From positions 37,138,001-37,202,000 of the forward strand of contig NC_092349.1 in NCBI RefSeq assembly GCF_963676685.1: a stretch of 64,000 nt of DNA, in the 5' to 3' direction. The DNA is from Mytilus edulis (taxonomy: Eukaryota). Numbering within the stretch: the stretch's first letter is position 1; the number at the start of each line of letters is the position of its first letter. Below are positions 34,968-49,333 of the stretch, one piece after another. The notes beneath the pieces were generated by a model. It saw only the letters and a list, made by a program, of their open reading frames with translations. It was not told the origin of the DNA and did not search any database. The position numbers and the translations under genes were made by a program.

Positions 34968-37900
34968 TAAACTATTGTTTTTTGTGTTTTATGTATTTTT
35001 ATTTTCCGCCCATGTACATGTAGCTTGTAATTTTATTGTGTAGAATCACGTTGCTTGAAGGAAGTCGTTATATAAGAACTCGGATGAGACATAGGACGAT
35101 TTATACAAATTTTATCAAGGAACAACTATATTGAAGGGTATATAAATTGTGGACATCATTCCAAATTATTTGAGACCCATCCCTTCATTGTTCCAAAATT
35201 CCTTGTTATAAATTATACTTACACTTTATGATCAGTAAAAAAACCTTAAATGTGAGATTCACACTTGTCCCTGATGGGAAGACATGTAAATATATTCCGC
35301 AATAAACCTATCGTTCAATCTTGAGTGATATATAAAATTATTCGAGAATTTTAATATGGAAAAGGTCTATAGTTTGTTTGAATTTTGTGAAGCATATGAT
35401 AAAAAAAACCCGCATTATTTATTATTTTTAAACCTGTTCAGCTTTCTAAACAGTTGTGGTCTCGATTGTACCTGATGATGGTTATTTCAGAAACTCGAGT
35501 TGTGTGCTCAGAAATAATTTGTTTATCACCACTATCGACCCGGTACTCAAACTGGTGAATTAAAACAGTGTATTTTCCGAGGATAATATTGTATCATTTT
35601 TAAGATTCTGACTCTTCCTAAAACAAACCCTTTTCCAGACGTTCCGAAAATGCAACGATGAAATATTTGCCACTGGACGTTTATCGAACAACGACCAGTA
35701 ACTGCTAAGCCCTTGTCTTCTGATTAAGTGACCTCAAACTCATTAAGGGATTCTTTCCAACAATCCAAACATCAAATTAATGAAAACACGAGCTAAGTGC
35801 TCAGAAATCATTTGTTTATCACTTTCACCAACCCAGTACTCAAACTGGTGAATTAAAGCTGTGTTCAAGTTTCCGAGAATATTATCTACAGTACTCTTGT
35901 ATTGTAAAACTTTAAATGATCATACATTTTCCGGTTACATATAAAAATCATTTGTTGAAGATACGTACAAGTAAGAACCTAATGTAGCAATTATGTGAAG
36001 GGTAGCATTTCCAAGATTATGACTCTTCCTAAAACAAACCATCTTCAATTAGTCCTGGAAATGCAACGATGAAATACCACTGGACTTTTATCGATCAACG
36101 ACCAATCCACAATTCCCAATTTCCTGCTCCTTCCAAGATAATCTCCCTAAGGCTTGCGTGTTCTACATATTTGCCATGTTGTATTTGATTTTCGCCCATA
36201 TATGCTGGAAATATTTTACACTGAATATTTTAAGCACACACAAGCAATAACTAAAATGTAACTACTTGAGGGAGAATCCTCAGCAGTTCACTATTTCAAT
36301 TGCATATCAGTTGCTGGAAGAATATGTCATATAAACGTCAAGGCAAAACTAACTAATTTTAATGTCTAGTCTGCTTATTTTAACATTGGACAATGAGAAT
36401 GATGAACCCTACAAAACTTACACTTTCACATTATAACCAATCCATACACCAAATACAGTAGACCTATCGGTTTATGTACCTGATAAACCGACAAACCATT
36501 AAAAAATAACATTGACGGACGAACCATGGAAATAAGGTCAAGGTTCTATGGACCCTGCCAGACAGATATGTACACCTTAAAATCATTATATAAACACAAA
36601 ATAGATGAGGTATTGCTAATTATATCTAAGGAATGACTGTAATATTTTAACTGTCTATGAAGAAATAACATAAAAAAAGAGGTGCAAAACTATTAAAGTG
36701 TGCAGCACATTTATAATGTTATTTCGAATAGACAGAAAAAATATTAGTCATTTCTTATCATTTAATTCTAAATTCCATTTGAAACCAGAGTAAACCATGA
36801 AAAAAAGTTGATGACCTCAAGGTCACTTGACAAATTTATGTCTATGAGCTGATAAACAAAAAGATGTCAGCCAATTAGAAGACGTGTTACATCCAAAATT
36901 AAATTATCATCTGATAAACTAACAAAACTATGGAAACTTATCATTTACAACTAAGCTTTTTTGAAAGACATGTAAATGTTGCAAGGAACACCATTTGCGA
37001 GTATTGTCTTGAGAAAACGCTGAGTCTGTCGGAAGGGGACGATAAATGTTTTTTTTTTTTGCATAACTCAAGAACTGTAAAGTGAAGCTGCCAAAAATTG
37101 AACTTAAACTGAGTTTAGAGGTTATAAGCATTATATACACATTTAATTAAATTCAGTTGAGACAAACTTTAGTTAAGAGAACAGAAACTAAAAAATCCTC
37201 AATTTTTCCACTTGTAAAGGGGCATAACCCTAGAATGGTTTTCAAAGTGCTTGTAATCACTGAATGGTAAAGATTGCTTTAATTTATCAGTTGGTAGTAA
37301 AGTGAATATTGCATTGTATAATATTGTATATAGCATTGATTTAAGTTGATTCAACTTCTATTCTGGACAAAGAAAGATAACTCCAATTTTCAGAGAAGAT
37401 TATATAAAGCATTGGTTTTAGGTAATTCAACAACCATTCTGGACAAAGAAAGATAACTCCAATTTATTGACTTGAAACTACATGAAATGCTTGTTTTTGA
37501 CCCTTTATTCCTAGACTGTTTGTCCCATAACCCTTAAAACATCTCAACCTTCTACTTATGGTATTAAACATTGTGGTACAATTTCAGACCAATTGAAATA
37601 CTTATACCCAACTTATTTTTCTGACACTAGATACATGCTATTTTTGGGCCCTGTGGGCCCTAATTCTTAAACCTTAGGGACCATAACTCCAAAAATCCAT
37701 TCCAAGCTTCCTTTTGTGATTATAAACATTGTGTTAAAATTTTATTGAATTCTGTTTACTTATACTAAAGAAATTATCCAGAAACCACCCATCTTCGCGA
37801 TACCAATATACGTCAGCAATTTTTTTTGTGGTGGTATAAAAACTGATTATCTGTTTATCTTTCTATTACTGGTCTTTTTCTCCAACTTAAGAGAGTCTCC

Positions 37901-39254
37901 CCACACATTGTGACATTGCTGATAACTTCTCCTCAGACATTGTAATGTCAGTGATAATGCAGGCTCTTGTCTCAAAGTTGTAATGTGATAATATATTTGA
38001 CTCTGTTTCTAGTTACCCATCATTTATTTAAATGAAATTCTTCCTGACCAATATTTGTGGGATACAGTCAATTGCAACAGTTATATTATTTATACACTTA
38101 ATGTTTTATGAGTATATGTACATAGGACATTATATCCCAAACCAAAACTTTAAAATGATTCAGGATAGACAAACAGACAAACTAATTAATGAACAATATT
38201 GGGTGGGTCTTAAAAAAAATCAAATTACTGTTTATCAATTTATTTAGAAAAATTGTAAAAAAATAAGCAATAAAACATGGACTCAAATATAAATCCTAAT
38301 AACCATCATAACATGAATAATAAACAACACAATAGTCATATAATTCGACATATACAAATGGTATATAATTTTTCTTTTGACATAAATCTTTATTGCATAG
38401 ATCTTAAATTTATTGCATAGATCTTAAATTTATTGCATAGATCTTAATTGCATAGATCTTCATACTTATAGCTATTTCAGATTCTGCAATATTTGACTCA
38501 GTATTTTGCAACATTTGACCTATTGACTTTGTAAAACAATAATCTTTGGTTTGTGGTGTAAGCTATTTTGTCTTGTGATGTTAAATTTCAAGGGAATGTC
38601 AGTGATATCCTGCAATGAGAATCTGGATGGGGTTTTCAGAATACAGAAGAATAGGCCAATAATACAACCATGGACCTTTATTATTGCATTTTGATTATTG
38701 GAATCAAAATAATGCACTTGTCAAAAGTTGACAAAATTTGCCAACCATGACACAAATGGCAGAAAATGTAAACTTACAATGAAGAAAGAAGGCATGTATT
38801 TTATGTATGACTGGAGATTTAATAACAAGATTTAGGAAATGGCACAACTAAATTGAGACTGCAATTACAAGAGAGAGAGAGAAGATTCCTGAAGGACAAT
38901 ACACTAGTTTTACAATAATGACTAAGAACAAACAAGTTGGTGGAGAGTTGTCTCATTGGCAATTATACCAAATCTTCTAATTTTTATATTATAAGCAAAA
39001 CAATGGGACAGATATATCGTACTGATTCATAAAACTTAACGTCTAGGTAGGTTGGACAATAAATAGGCCCTTAACCTTTAACAAAACCGATGAGGACAGA
39101 GGGAGATGAATCTCTGCCAGTAAGATGAAAAAGTCTATTATAAGCGTTTCACTCTGATATATTATAAGTATTGCTCCAATTTCTTATTCATGCAAAAAAA
39201 AGCATTTTAACATATTCACATTTTTTCAAACTGAATCACAAATCATAAGGAATG

Positions 39255-40127
39255 TAAAAACACATGCTGAAATATCTCGCCTTCTTTACTAACTATTGAT
39301 AGTCCTAAATATAAAGCTGCATTGCAACTGTCAGTCTGTCAAATATACCTAACATTAACCAAGAAAACTGAACATTGATCAATGAACCATGAAAATGAGG
39401 TGGACAGATGAACCAATGCCAGACAGGAATGAACAGCTAAGAATTCTTCAATACAACAAGTATAGATGACCATTGCTTATAAGAAAACCAAACCAACACA
39501 CAAAAACTTAACACTGAGCAATGAATCATGAAAATGAGGTCAACTTCAAATAAAACCTACTCAACTGACATATACCTCATAAAATATTTCCATACACCAA
39601 ATATAGTTGACCTATTGCATACAGTATTAGAAAAAAGACCAAAACTTAAAAACTTAACTTTGACCACTGAACCATGAACCAGTCCTTCTATACACCGAAT
39701 ATACTTGACCTATTGCTTATTGTATCTGCCATATGGACTTGACCACCGAAACTTAACCTTGTTCACTGATTCATGAAATGACGTCAAGGTCAAGTGAAAA
39801 CTGTCTGACAGGCATGAGGACCTTGCAAGGTATGCACATACCAAATATAGTTACCCTTTTACTTATAATAAGAGAGAATTTAACATTACAAAAAATCTAA
39901 ACTTTTTTGTTCAAGTAGTCACTGACCGATGAAAATGAGGTCAAGGACATTAGACATGTGAATGACGAAAACTTCATAACCTGAGGCATCCATTTACAAA
40001 GTAGGAAGCATCCAGGTCTTCCACGTTCTAAAATATAAAGCTTTAAAGAAGTTAGCTAAAGCTGTAGCCGCCGCCGGATTACTTTCTCTATGTTGAGCTT
40101 TCTGCAACAAAAGTGGCAGGGTCGACA
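39255..40127 (+). mobile_element. Helentron-type non-autonomous element with diverged ~150-bp internal repeats
   Basis: Recurrent AACCATGAAAATGAGGTCAA units, then (GCC)n and a hairpin before the terminal GACAAAAA. Relatives at ~19770-20240 and ~36400-36630. Confidence 0.65.
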
Positions 40128-41697
40128 AAAAACAAAACAAAACAACAGAAAAAACATATAATTTAAGCAAAATTAAGACACCCATATAATCTGAGATCAT
40201 AAATAAGGAATAAAGCAAATTAATCTTCCTAAAATCTTAAAATCACAATAAGCAAAATGTAGATCTTATTCTAATATTAAATAACAGTTCATATACATGT
40301 TATTTTCTTTTCTAACAATGATAATCTTGAAATAAGAATTGGCGACATGCAGATCTGAAAGCATGAGTCAAATAAATGTAAACAATTTAGACAAAACAAA
40401 ACAAAAATATTATAACAAATAAAGAATAAAAAAATGCAGTATGCCATTAAAATAGAAAAATAAAAGAAAAACACTGTTTTCTTATATTTAAATATAGGGA
40501 TATTTATTAAATTACAACCAGCAGTGTATATTCTAATTCATAATGACTTTTTTATGAAACAGAGATGAACAAACAAAAATATTATATAAATTGTATAATT
40601 CTCAAAAAACAATATTTATAAGGTACATCTAAAACCCTGGTTCATGAAAGCAATACGTGTTGTCTTGATTTCATTCATGTCATTGTCTAATAAATAAATT
40701 TGGTATATTAACCATGTTTCTGATTGGATAAAAGTATTACTTTTATTTTCAATGTTGTCATTTTTTATGGTGACACACCCACTTTTACTGAAACTAATTT
40801 TTTCATTGATTCGATATTTTTTTTACTTGATATTGTCATAAACCCTTTATAATCTGCAAATTGTGTATTTGCCTTATTTTCAGTACTTTGAGCAAAGGAC
40901 AATAAAATAAAACAATGTATATTTCAGATGAAAATATCATAACAAAAAAACTGCTAACACTATCAGCGTTTAGAAACCCATAAACTAGTGTGAAAGAAAC
41001 AATGGATTCAACCTTCATATGCATATTGAAATTTTTTAAAATATGAAATGGAGCACATGCAGCTGTAACATGAAGTAACTTTATAATTGTCATTGATCAC
41101 TCCATACTGGAGTTTCTGCACAACATGTGAAATATTGCCTTATATTTTCAATTCAAGTACTACCATGACAGAAATTCCCATTTCTCTAAATAATACTGAA
41201 TTCTGCATGTAAGAATATACATGATTTACATTCGTTTAAATTTTTTTTGATAAACATGATAAACACCTTTTTTGGTTTAGTTATTTTGATATATTTGAAA
41301 ATGCATGCAAACACATTGTTTTCTTTAATTTTCATATAAATTTGCCAGTTTTAGAAGAAGAAAAAAGTTACCAACATTGAAAATCCAATACAGCAGCTCC
41401 AATTTAAGATCCAAGACAGTGTTTAGAAAAATTGGGAATTTCCACTATTGGAAAGATAGTACAAAATGTAGTAAAACAACCTTTCAAAATATTTATAATC
41501 TTCCTAATAAACAATTATATTATTGCTCCATCCTCCATATATTCAGTCTCTTTCTGTTCTGAAAACACATGGTTTAGACCTTACTTTGTCAAACCAGACT
41601 CGCACAAATATCAATCACTCTATACAGAGCTTATGGCTTACTTGCTGTTTCCGGTCATTAAAACACTTACAGGACTCAAGACATCCTCTTAATTTTT

Positions 41698-41997
41698 TCA
41701 CAAAGAGGATGAGAACCATTCGCTCCATGTCCAATCATCTGAGTAGTACAATCTCCAAATATAAAATATATTTACCACAATAATTTGTATAACCCTGCTA
41801 AATACTATGTCTTTTGGATAAAAGTCACTGATGTATGTAAATGGCCACGCTGACACGGTAGAAATTCCTCGTGTTTCGTAGAAAAGATTGACTGTCATTT
41901 GAGTAAACATAAATATTACTGAGAGTTTTATAGTCAATGGAGATCTGTAAAGCTGAGATAATATTTCTTCATCAAATTCTTCCATGATGTCTTCATC
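41698..41997 (-). CDS. ICE2/SERINC-like polytopic membrane protein, terminal exon 8
   Basis: TTTTTATTTGTAG acceptor, phase 0, DEDIMEEF...RSPLTIKLSVIFMFTQ...FYIWRLYYSDDWTWSEWFSSSL*. Confidence 0.88.
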   Translation of the reverse strand, partial: DEDIMEEFDEEILSQLYRSPLTIKLSVIFMFTQMTVNLFYETRGISTVSAWPFTYISDFYPKDIVFSRVIQIIVVNIFYIWRLYYSDDWTWSEWFSSSL

Positions 41998-43020
41998 CTA
42001 CAAATAAAAATGTCAATTAATAGAAGTAAAATCTACTGCATTTTGGGTAATATTTTTAAAAGTGTACATCAAACTTTCGCTTACAATGTTCTGTAGATTA
42101 AAATAGATGTATGACGAAAGATGCTGTTTATTTCATTTAGGATACACACAATAAAATTACTCAGGCCTTTGACTTTCAAAAATATTTGTTTCTCTTCAAA
42201 ATTAATATTTGGAGAAACAGTTTATATGTGGTTCTTCCAAGTCAGGCGCATGTTATACAGTGGTTGTCATGTGTTGCTGTAATGCAGTTTAGGAGCAGTT
42301 CCTGCTACAAACGTGGGACATAAGGGAAAACAGAAGGACAGACAGACAAACAGACAATATTTACCACCTTTTTTGAAAGAGGGGTTATAATGATAATTAT
42401 AAGGAAAATCTTCACCCTCAAACTGAATTTCATTTACAAGGAAATAAGACTTTTGTTTCAAATTTGAATTGTCTCCCCTAGACTAGCCATGACATAATTT
42501 TTTTGATTTTAATATTTGACTCATAAAACTACTTTCACTCCAATAATGCATTAAATTGATTAAATGATGTAAAAAATAATAGCTCACTTGACAGTATTCA
42601 ACAAGGAGCAAAAGAAGGAGAAATGCCTGTACCAAGTCAGGAGTATGACATTTGTCTTCCATTCATTTGATGTGTTTGAGCTTTTGCATATGCCATTTGA
42701 TAAACGATTTTTTGTTATGAAATTTCCTCAGAGTTTGTTATTTTTGTTATTTTACTTTTCACTTGTTTTGTTCAAACAACAGCCTATAATTTACAGAATA
42801 TTATTTTTAATTGCGATAATTTGTACATGTCAGGGCAATAACTATACATGTGACTGTGTGATTATGGTAAAGAACTGTCTTTATGAATAGAAAACAGATG
42901 TTTTGAGTTATGATGAATTTTTTTAAAGTGCTGTTACCAATAATATCAAGCATAATAAAATCAACATTTTTTATATTAATGCAGTAAACATGGTAATTTT
43001 TGTAAATAAAATATACTTAC

Positions 43021-43148
43021 ATCATGGACAAATTTATCATATACTTTTTCTATTATATATAAAATACTATATAATCTTATTCCTAGAGTTACCAAGAAAA
43101 ACGGTCGTAAAAACTTCATAAGAAATTCCAAAGCAAGGCCTGCATTAT
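43021..43148 (-). CDS. ICE2/SERINC-like membrane protein, exon 7
   Basis: TTTCAG acceptor, GTAAGT donor, 128 nt, phase 1-0, DNAGLALEFLMKFLRPFFLVTLGIRLYSILYIIEKVYDKFVHD. Confidence 0.88.
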
Positions 43149-43877
43149 CTGAAATAGAGGAATATTATCAAAAGTTATTTTTCTTAAGTTTTAAAAAATT
43201 CAAAATAAACATTTGGCTTTCAGCACCGTGTTTTTAATTAAAAAAGTGAAGCCCAAAGGTGACCCAAGATTGGAGTACTTGAAAAACAGGTTCAACCTTA
43301 CTGTGTTAACATGCTTGTCTCAAATCTGGAAATGTATGCTTGTCATATGGTTGATGCAGTTTTCCCCTTATTAAACAACAGTAACTTTATACATCACAAG
43401 CTTTTAAATTATTGGGTTTGAGTGTTCCTGATGTAGGTAAATCCAAAAAAATGCTTCAAATTAAATTAAGTTTGTAAATGTATTACATTGATTTAACAAC
43501 TTATATCTATTTCTTATATATTGGTATGCATATCTAATTATTGTAATAATTTCATCAATTTACTAGCATGAATAAAAGGATAAAAAGAAATGTCTCAGTC
43601 AGACGACAACTCTATTCATCAAAAGTTAAAAATATCACAAAAGACATCTTTAACAATAGATAGATATAGCTACACATCAGAGCCAGTTTAGAAAAATAGT
43701 TCATACATTTACTCTAATTAACAAAAAAAACCATAAATATATGACATAAGTCTTATTAAAGACAACAACAAACAAGGTTCCTAACTTGGAACAAGATCTT
43801 AAGATTTCCATCTTTGTTCTTCTAATCTCAATCAGTGGAAACACAGACTAATTATTCATATTGATATAAAGACTTAC

Positions 43878-43936
43878 CCATTGTACTGTTGAGTATGTAG
43901 AATCCAATACTATATAATGATTTTCTACTGTCATAT
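43878..43936 (-). CDS. ICE2/SERINC-like membrane protein, exon 6
   Basis: TTTTCTTTAG acceptor, GTAAGT donor, 59 nt, phase 2-1, YDSRKSLYSIGFYILNSTM. Confidence 0.85.
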
Positions 43937-44545
43937 CTAAAGAAAAAAGAAAATATTTTCTTCAATTTTGGTTGTGTCACAAAACAAGCAAATATTTATA
44001 GGTCTAGATTTTTCAATGAGCAAACATTAAAGATAATGAAGTAGAAAAAAACATGACATCTGCAATAAATCAGGCTCCCTATCTTTTAAAGAAATTTAAA
44101 AAATAAGTAAAGATTTCCAAAAATTTGAAAAAATCATGCAGTTGTCTCCCATGGACCATTACCAAATTAACAACAAGCAAGTGTGGATTTCTTTTAATCA
44201 ATACAATAGAAGAAAATGATGGATATTTTGGTAATTTTAAGACTTATTCGAATAAATAAAGTCTTTGGCATTATTTTTCACTGTATCTGCAGTTGTGTAA
44301 ATGTTGTGTGCTATAGCTATAATTAATTTTTGTTTTTTTGCAAAGTGGCTAGGCACAATGTCACTTTTAATTTTGTATTCATAAATACATTTTATATTCT
44401 GTAAGTAACAATATATTTTATGACAATAAATTAATATCAGTGATAAATTAAAAAAATATTCTTCATTAGAATTGCTGTTGATGAAAAACTTAAAAAAAAC
44501 AATTTTAAAATACATTATAAGGGGAGATAACTGTTGTTGACTCAC

Positions 44546-44660
44546 TGCAGCCAGGTATCTGGTGTACGTAGTGGATGATTAATCAATGAAGTCTCTTCCT
44601 TCATTGCATACAATACAGATATAGAACATAGTGTTGAAAAGGCAACATCACACAGAAATC
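44546..44660 (-). CDS. ICE2/SERINC-like membrane protein, exon 5
   Basis: TGTTTTAG acceptor, GTGAGT donor, 115 nt, phase 1-2, GFLCDVAFSTLCSISVLYAMKEETSLINHPLRTPDTWLQ. Confidence 0.85.
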
Positions 44661-45422
44661 CTAAAACACATAAAATATATGATAAATAAAAAAAAATATG
44701 GTATTATATGTCAGATAATGTTATATTTAATAAAGAGAAAACCTGGTCTGAAAGAAAATCTACCAATTACCACTCATATATCGATTTACTTCAGGATGTC
44801 TTACGATAACTACAGTTTGATTCAACATCTTGTAAATAGACTGTGGGAAATGTTATTTAAGGATATGTAACTGTCTAATTTAAAATGTTCTTTTTATAAC
44901 CATGATAGCCATGTTTATTTGCTGAAAATGTGGACAACACACATGGTAATATTTTCTCATGTTGAAATGAATAAATGCATATAAACATTAATCTTTAAAA
45001 TGATGTTCTGTCTAATCTAGTGAAACTTCTGTTTTCCCAAGATAACTCTTGATGTATCTTTTTTTTCTAACTAAGCTAGTGTTCATAGCATTATTTATAT
45101 TGCCCATTTGGTAGCCTGTACCAGTTTTTGATTGTTGTTGTTTAGCTTTGCACATTGTATATATCTTCTTTCTCAGGAGGAATCAGTTGATTGAAGTTTT
45201 TGGTACTGTCCAGCTTTTTTTGTGACTGGACTAATTCAGTAACAGCCAGTTAAATTTAAGGGAATTCAAGATTTTGAAATTCAATAATATCTTTACATGA
45301 AAAAGGTCACATTTTTTCTTGGTAATTCCAGATTTTGTGTTTACTTCAGTGTGAATTCACAATAACCTCCCCCCTGGTTGTTGTGCTTACTTTAAATTCC
45401 AATATTAACTAGAATTATTTAC

Positions 45423-45487
45423 CTTCTTGTGACATCCACATCATGTTGTGCATTGTAAGACAGAGAATCAAAACAACAAATAACAAC
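45423..45487 (-). CDS. ICE2/SERINC-like membrane protein, exon 4
   Basis: TTTTCAG acceptor, GTAAAT donor, 65 nt, phase 2-1, LLFVVLILCLTMHNMMWMSQE. Confidence 0.85.
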
Positions 45488-45998
45488 CTGAAAATATACA
45501 AAAACTAACTTGTTAATCAACAGAAACTTACTTAACATTAAGGTATACATACATTTTGTTATAACTATTCTAAATATCACTATAACAATGTTAATCTTCA
45601 AATTTGCAGAAGCAAATTTTTTTTCTTCCCTTGTCAGGATTCAATTGTATGCTATTGAGATATTGAGATAACACCACCTGCACTGTGTTCATTGCTGTAG
45701 ATCAATTGCCAACCTAGAGGGAACTGGTCAATTGGTCTAGAGCAATGGACACAGTGCAGACTGATTTGTCTTGATTTCTCAACAACATGAGCTATAATCC
45801 TGGTGAGGGAAGAACAAAAATTTGCCTCCAAAAATTTGTGGGGAAGCAAATTTGCAGATTTATCATATATGTGCTAAAATTCAGAATATAATATGTGCTT
45901 CCAGCTGTGTATCAACTTCACTGGCTATTCAATGAATGAATCTGTCGTAGAGTTGTCCCCTGTTTAGAACAACACATGAAATAAGTTCTATATATTAG

Positions 45999-47525
45999 AC
46001 TAGAGGCTCTAAAGAGCCTGTGTCGCTCACCTTGGTATATGTGAATTAAACAAAGGAAGCAGACAGTTCATGACAAAATTGTGTTTAGGTGATTGTGATG
46101 TGTTTGTACATCTTACTTTACTGAACATTCTGGCTGCTTACAATTATCTCTATCTATAATGAACTTGTCTAATAGGACAAATAAGTTCATTCAAATACTG
46201 AAGCGAGGGTGGGTATGCCGTATGTGTGGCTGTTCTTTTTTACTACTTGTTAGATAAAGCTCAAATATTCTCATAAATCTTCAGCTTGCATTGATGTTTT
46301 TGTTAAAAACCACTAGTAAAAATATTTTTAATTCACAAACCCAATATTTCCGATTTTTAATTTACATGTTTTCTCGTAAACTACCATCAAAATCAAAATT
46401 GACATTTCGTAACGAAGGAGCTGCCATGTTGGCAAATGGTTGACTCGCTGAAAATAGAAAACAAAACAAAACCTATCTCAGAATTCCATTTTAATACAAT
46501 ATTATACAAACTTCGATGGTTCCAAAAAAGTTTATATTATTGTGACATTGACTAAATATTGTTTTTATACTGCAAATTAAATTAGTATATTGATAGCTTT
46601 TAAAATCGTAACATAAAAATATCAAGCTTATTTTCACCCCTGATTGTAGAGAAAGTGTTCCATGATGAAATTGATATTGCACAAAATATAGCTGTGATAC
46701 TATATTTAGGAAATAAACAAAACTAGTTGCAATATATTAATTCTTTTTATTATGCACCCGAATAAGAATAAAAGTTCTTTTGTCTTTGTTTTATCAAAAT
46801 TTCTAATACAATAAAATTGGCAAAGCGTTTGCAAAGTAGGTTTCAAATACATGTGGATTTACGTGGGAGGTATATTGTAACATCTATTATTATGTATATC
46901 TCTGAGTCTGCGCTAAGTATAGATATATCGAGATTTTTCACACAGTGTTGTTTACAAGGCGAAAGAAGCATATCATATTAGAATTGACTATAAAGGTCAA
47001 TAAATCCTAAAGGGGTAACTGACCATTTTGGTCATGTTGACTTATTTGTAAATCTGACTTTGATGAACATTATTGCTGTTTACACTTTAACTCCATCTAT
47101 AATAATATTCAAGATAATAACCAAAAACAGTAAAATTTCCTTAAAATTACCAATTTTGAGGCAGCAACCCAACAATGGGTTGTCTGATTCATCTAAAAAT
47201 TTCAGGGCAGATATATCTTGACCTGATAAACAATTTTACCCCCATGTCAGATTTGCTCTTAATGCTTTGGTTTTTGAGTAATAAGCCAAAAACTGCATTT
47301 TACCCCTATGATTTATTTTTAGCCATGGTAGCCATCTTGGTTGGTTGGCCAGGTCAAAAAACACAATTTTAAAACTAGATACATCAATGATGATTGTGGC
47401 CAAGTTTGGATTAATTTAGCCCAGTAGTTTAAGAGGAGAAGATTTTTTGTAAGAGTTACAAAAACGGACGACGACGACGCCAAGTGATGAGAAAAGCTCA
47501 CTTGGCCTTTTAGGCCAGGTGAGCT
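45999..47525 (+). mobile_element. Second copy of the HINE-like element, with a single ~500-bp unit and an ~810-bp insertion (46169-46981)
   Basis: Same ends as 30475-32276 (ACTAGAGGCTCT...GGCCAGGTGAGCT). The insert has CTAATA...TATTAG ends. Confidence 0.8.
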
Positions 47526-48124
47526 TATAAACAGCAAACATGTATGAATTAGATAAAATAATTCTTCTCATCATCTGAATGCAGTACACATAAACAGATT
47601 GAGTAAAACAATCATTATTTTTCTAGTGTAGTCATTCACTGTAAATCAGGGCAATTGTGTTAATCTATTTGTAGAATAATTATGTAAAGTTATTTCATCA
47701 TGTTTATTGTGAATCACTTTATCCTTCAACATTGACTGTGAAAAATGGCTGCCACTGTGTGCAATGTAGAGGCATGATTCAAGCAGTGCTCATGCCAGCA
47801 AAGTTTTTAAAACACTTTTTATTTTTTTTTTATATCAATTCACTTCCTTCAAGTTTAATGGTTATTTAGAGAACTATCAGTACCACACTTATGTACAACA
47901 AATTTTGTTTTTAAGTTTAATAAAGCTCAGATCAGGTGTCAATAATCTTTTGTCAGGTGACATTTAAATCATGTAGGTGCGTTCCCTACACATATGTTAT
48001 ACCCACTGTCTCAAGACAAAGGACATATTTATCATATGTAGAAAAATGTGGATCATACTTGAAAGATTTAAAAGATGAATACAACATATAGATATTGCAA
48101 TTTTCTAATATTTTAAATTACTTA

Positions 48125-49147
48125 ATAAACTGTCATCACAGAGATATGTCTCGATTTTTTGTAATCCCGATAATGCAAATGTTAAAACTAAAATAGCAAC
48201 ACCTTAACATGTATGTTTTGCAAATATTCAAAGTCAATGAACCATAACTGAAGGTTCATGGTTAAATTATCTCCATGTGCATGATGTGTATACTAAATAC
48301 CAATTATGCACATGGTGATTTTTTAGCCATGAACCTTCAGTTATGGTTCATTGACTTTGAATAGTTACTTATCATAAGTGGTTTCCTTTAAACAAACTAG
48401 TACATGTAAACTAAGTAAAATTGCAAAGTTATAAACCCTTACTGAGGGAGCAGAGTCAAATACTGTGAACCAACTTATTTTCGCGAATATGTAAACCTTA
48501 GATCTTTCCTTATTAAACTTCATCAAGTAGATCCGAAAGTCGCGAAGTTAAATAGCCCTGAAGTGGCCAAGAAAGGGTAAAACGTGAAATAAAGTATCCG
48601 CGAAAATAAGTTGGTTTACAGAAATCTTCATGGAAATGAGATATGCCAATGCTAATACAACTGCATACCAAATATCAATGACCTACCACCAGTGATTCCC
48701 CATAAACCAACATAATCACAAACTGATATATGAAAACTAAGCAAAAGTTCTGAAGTCAATAGACCATGACTGAGAGGTAGGTGTCAAATAATCTTCACAG
48801 AAATGAGATATGCCAATACTAATACAAATGCATACCAATTATCATTTACTTACCACTAGTGGTTCCCCATAAAGTTAAAACTGACTTAATCATAAACTAA
48901 TACATGAAAAATAAGCAAAATTTCAAAGTCAAAAGACCATAACTGAGGGGGCAAGGCCTAATAATCTGCATGGTAATGAGATGTGCCTATATTAATACAA
49001 CGGCATACCAAATATCTTTTACCTACCACTATTGGTTCACCATAAACTAGACCTAATCACGAACTAATTCATTGTTCATGCCGCCGTCGCCGCTGCCAGA
49101 AACTGCATACCTATGTCTGGCTTTTTGACTCCACCAAGCGAGACAAA
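48125..49147 (+). mobile_element. HINE-like element with ~180-bp tandem units and a nested TA-type MITE (48463-48621)
   Basis: Repeating GAAATGAGATATGCCAAT..TAATACAA units, (GCC)n and a GAGACAAAAA end. Nested CTGTGAACCAACTTATTTTCGCG...CGCGAAAATAAGTTGGTTTACAG. Confidence 0.65.
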
Positions 49148-49333
49148 AACAGTAAAAAGTTTCACCTGTGTTACAATTACCTTACAAACTTTAAGCATTT
49201 TGACACAGTTGACAACAAAATTGCTTTAGTTTTGCTTCACTTATTTTCCTTACAGACCTAACTCCATTACAATAAATGTACAAAAATATCTCCCTTAATA
49301 TGCTATTATCCTACTTATTCAAAACACACTTAC

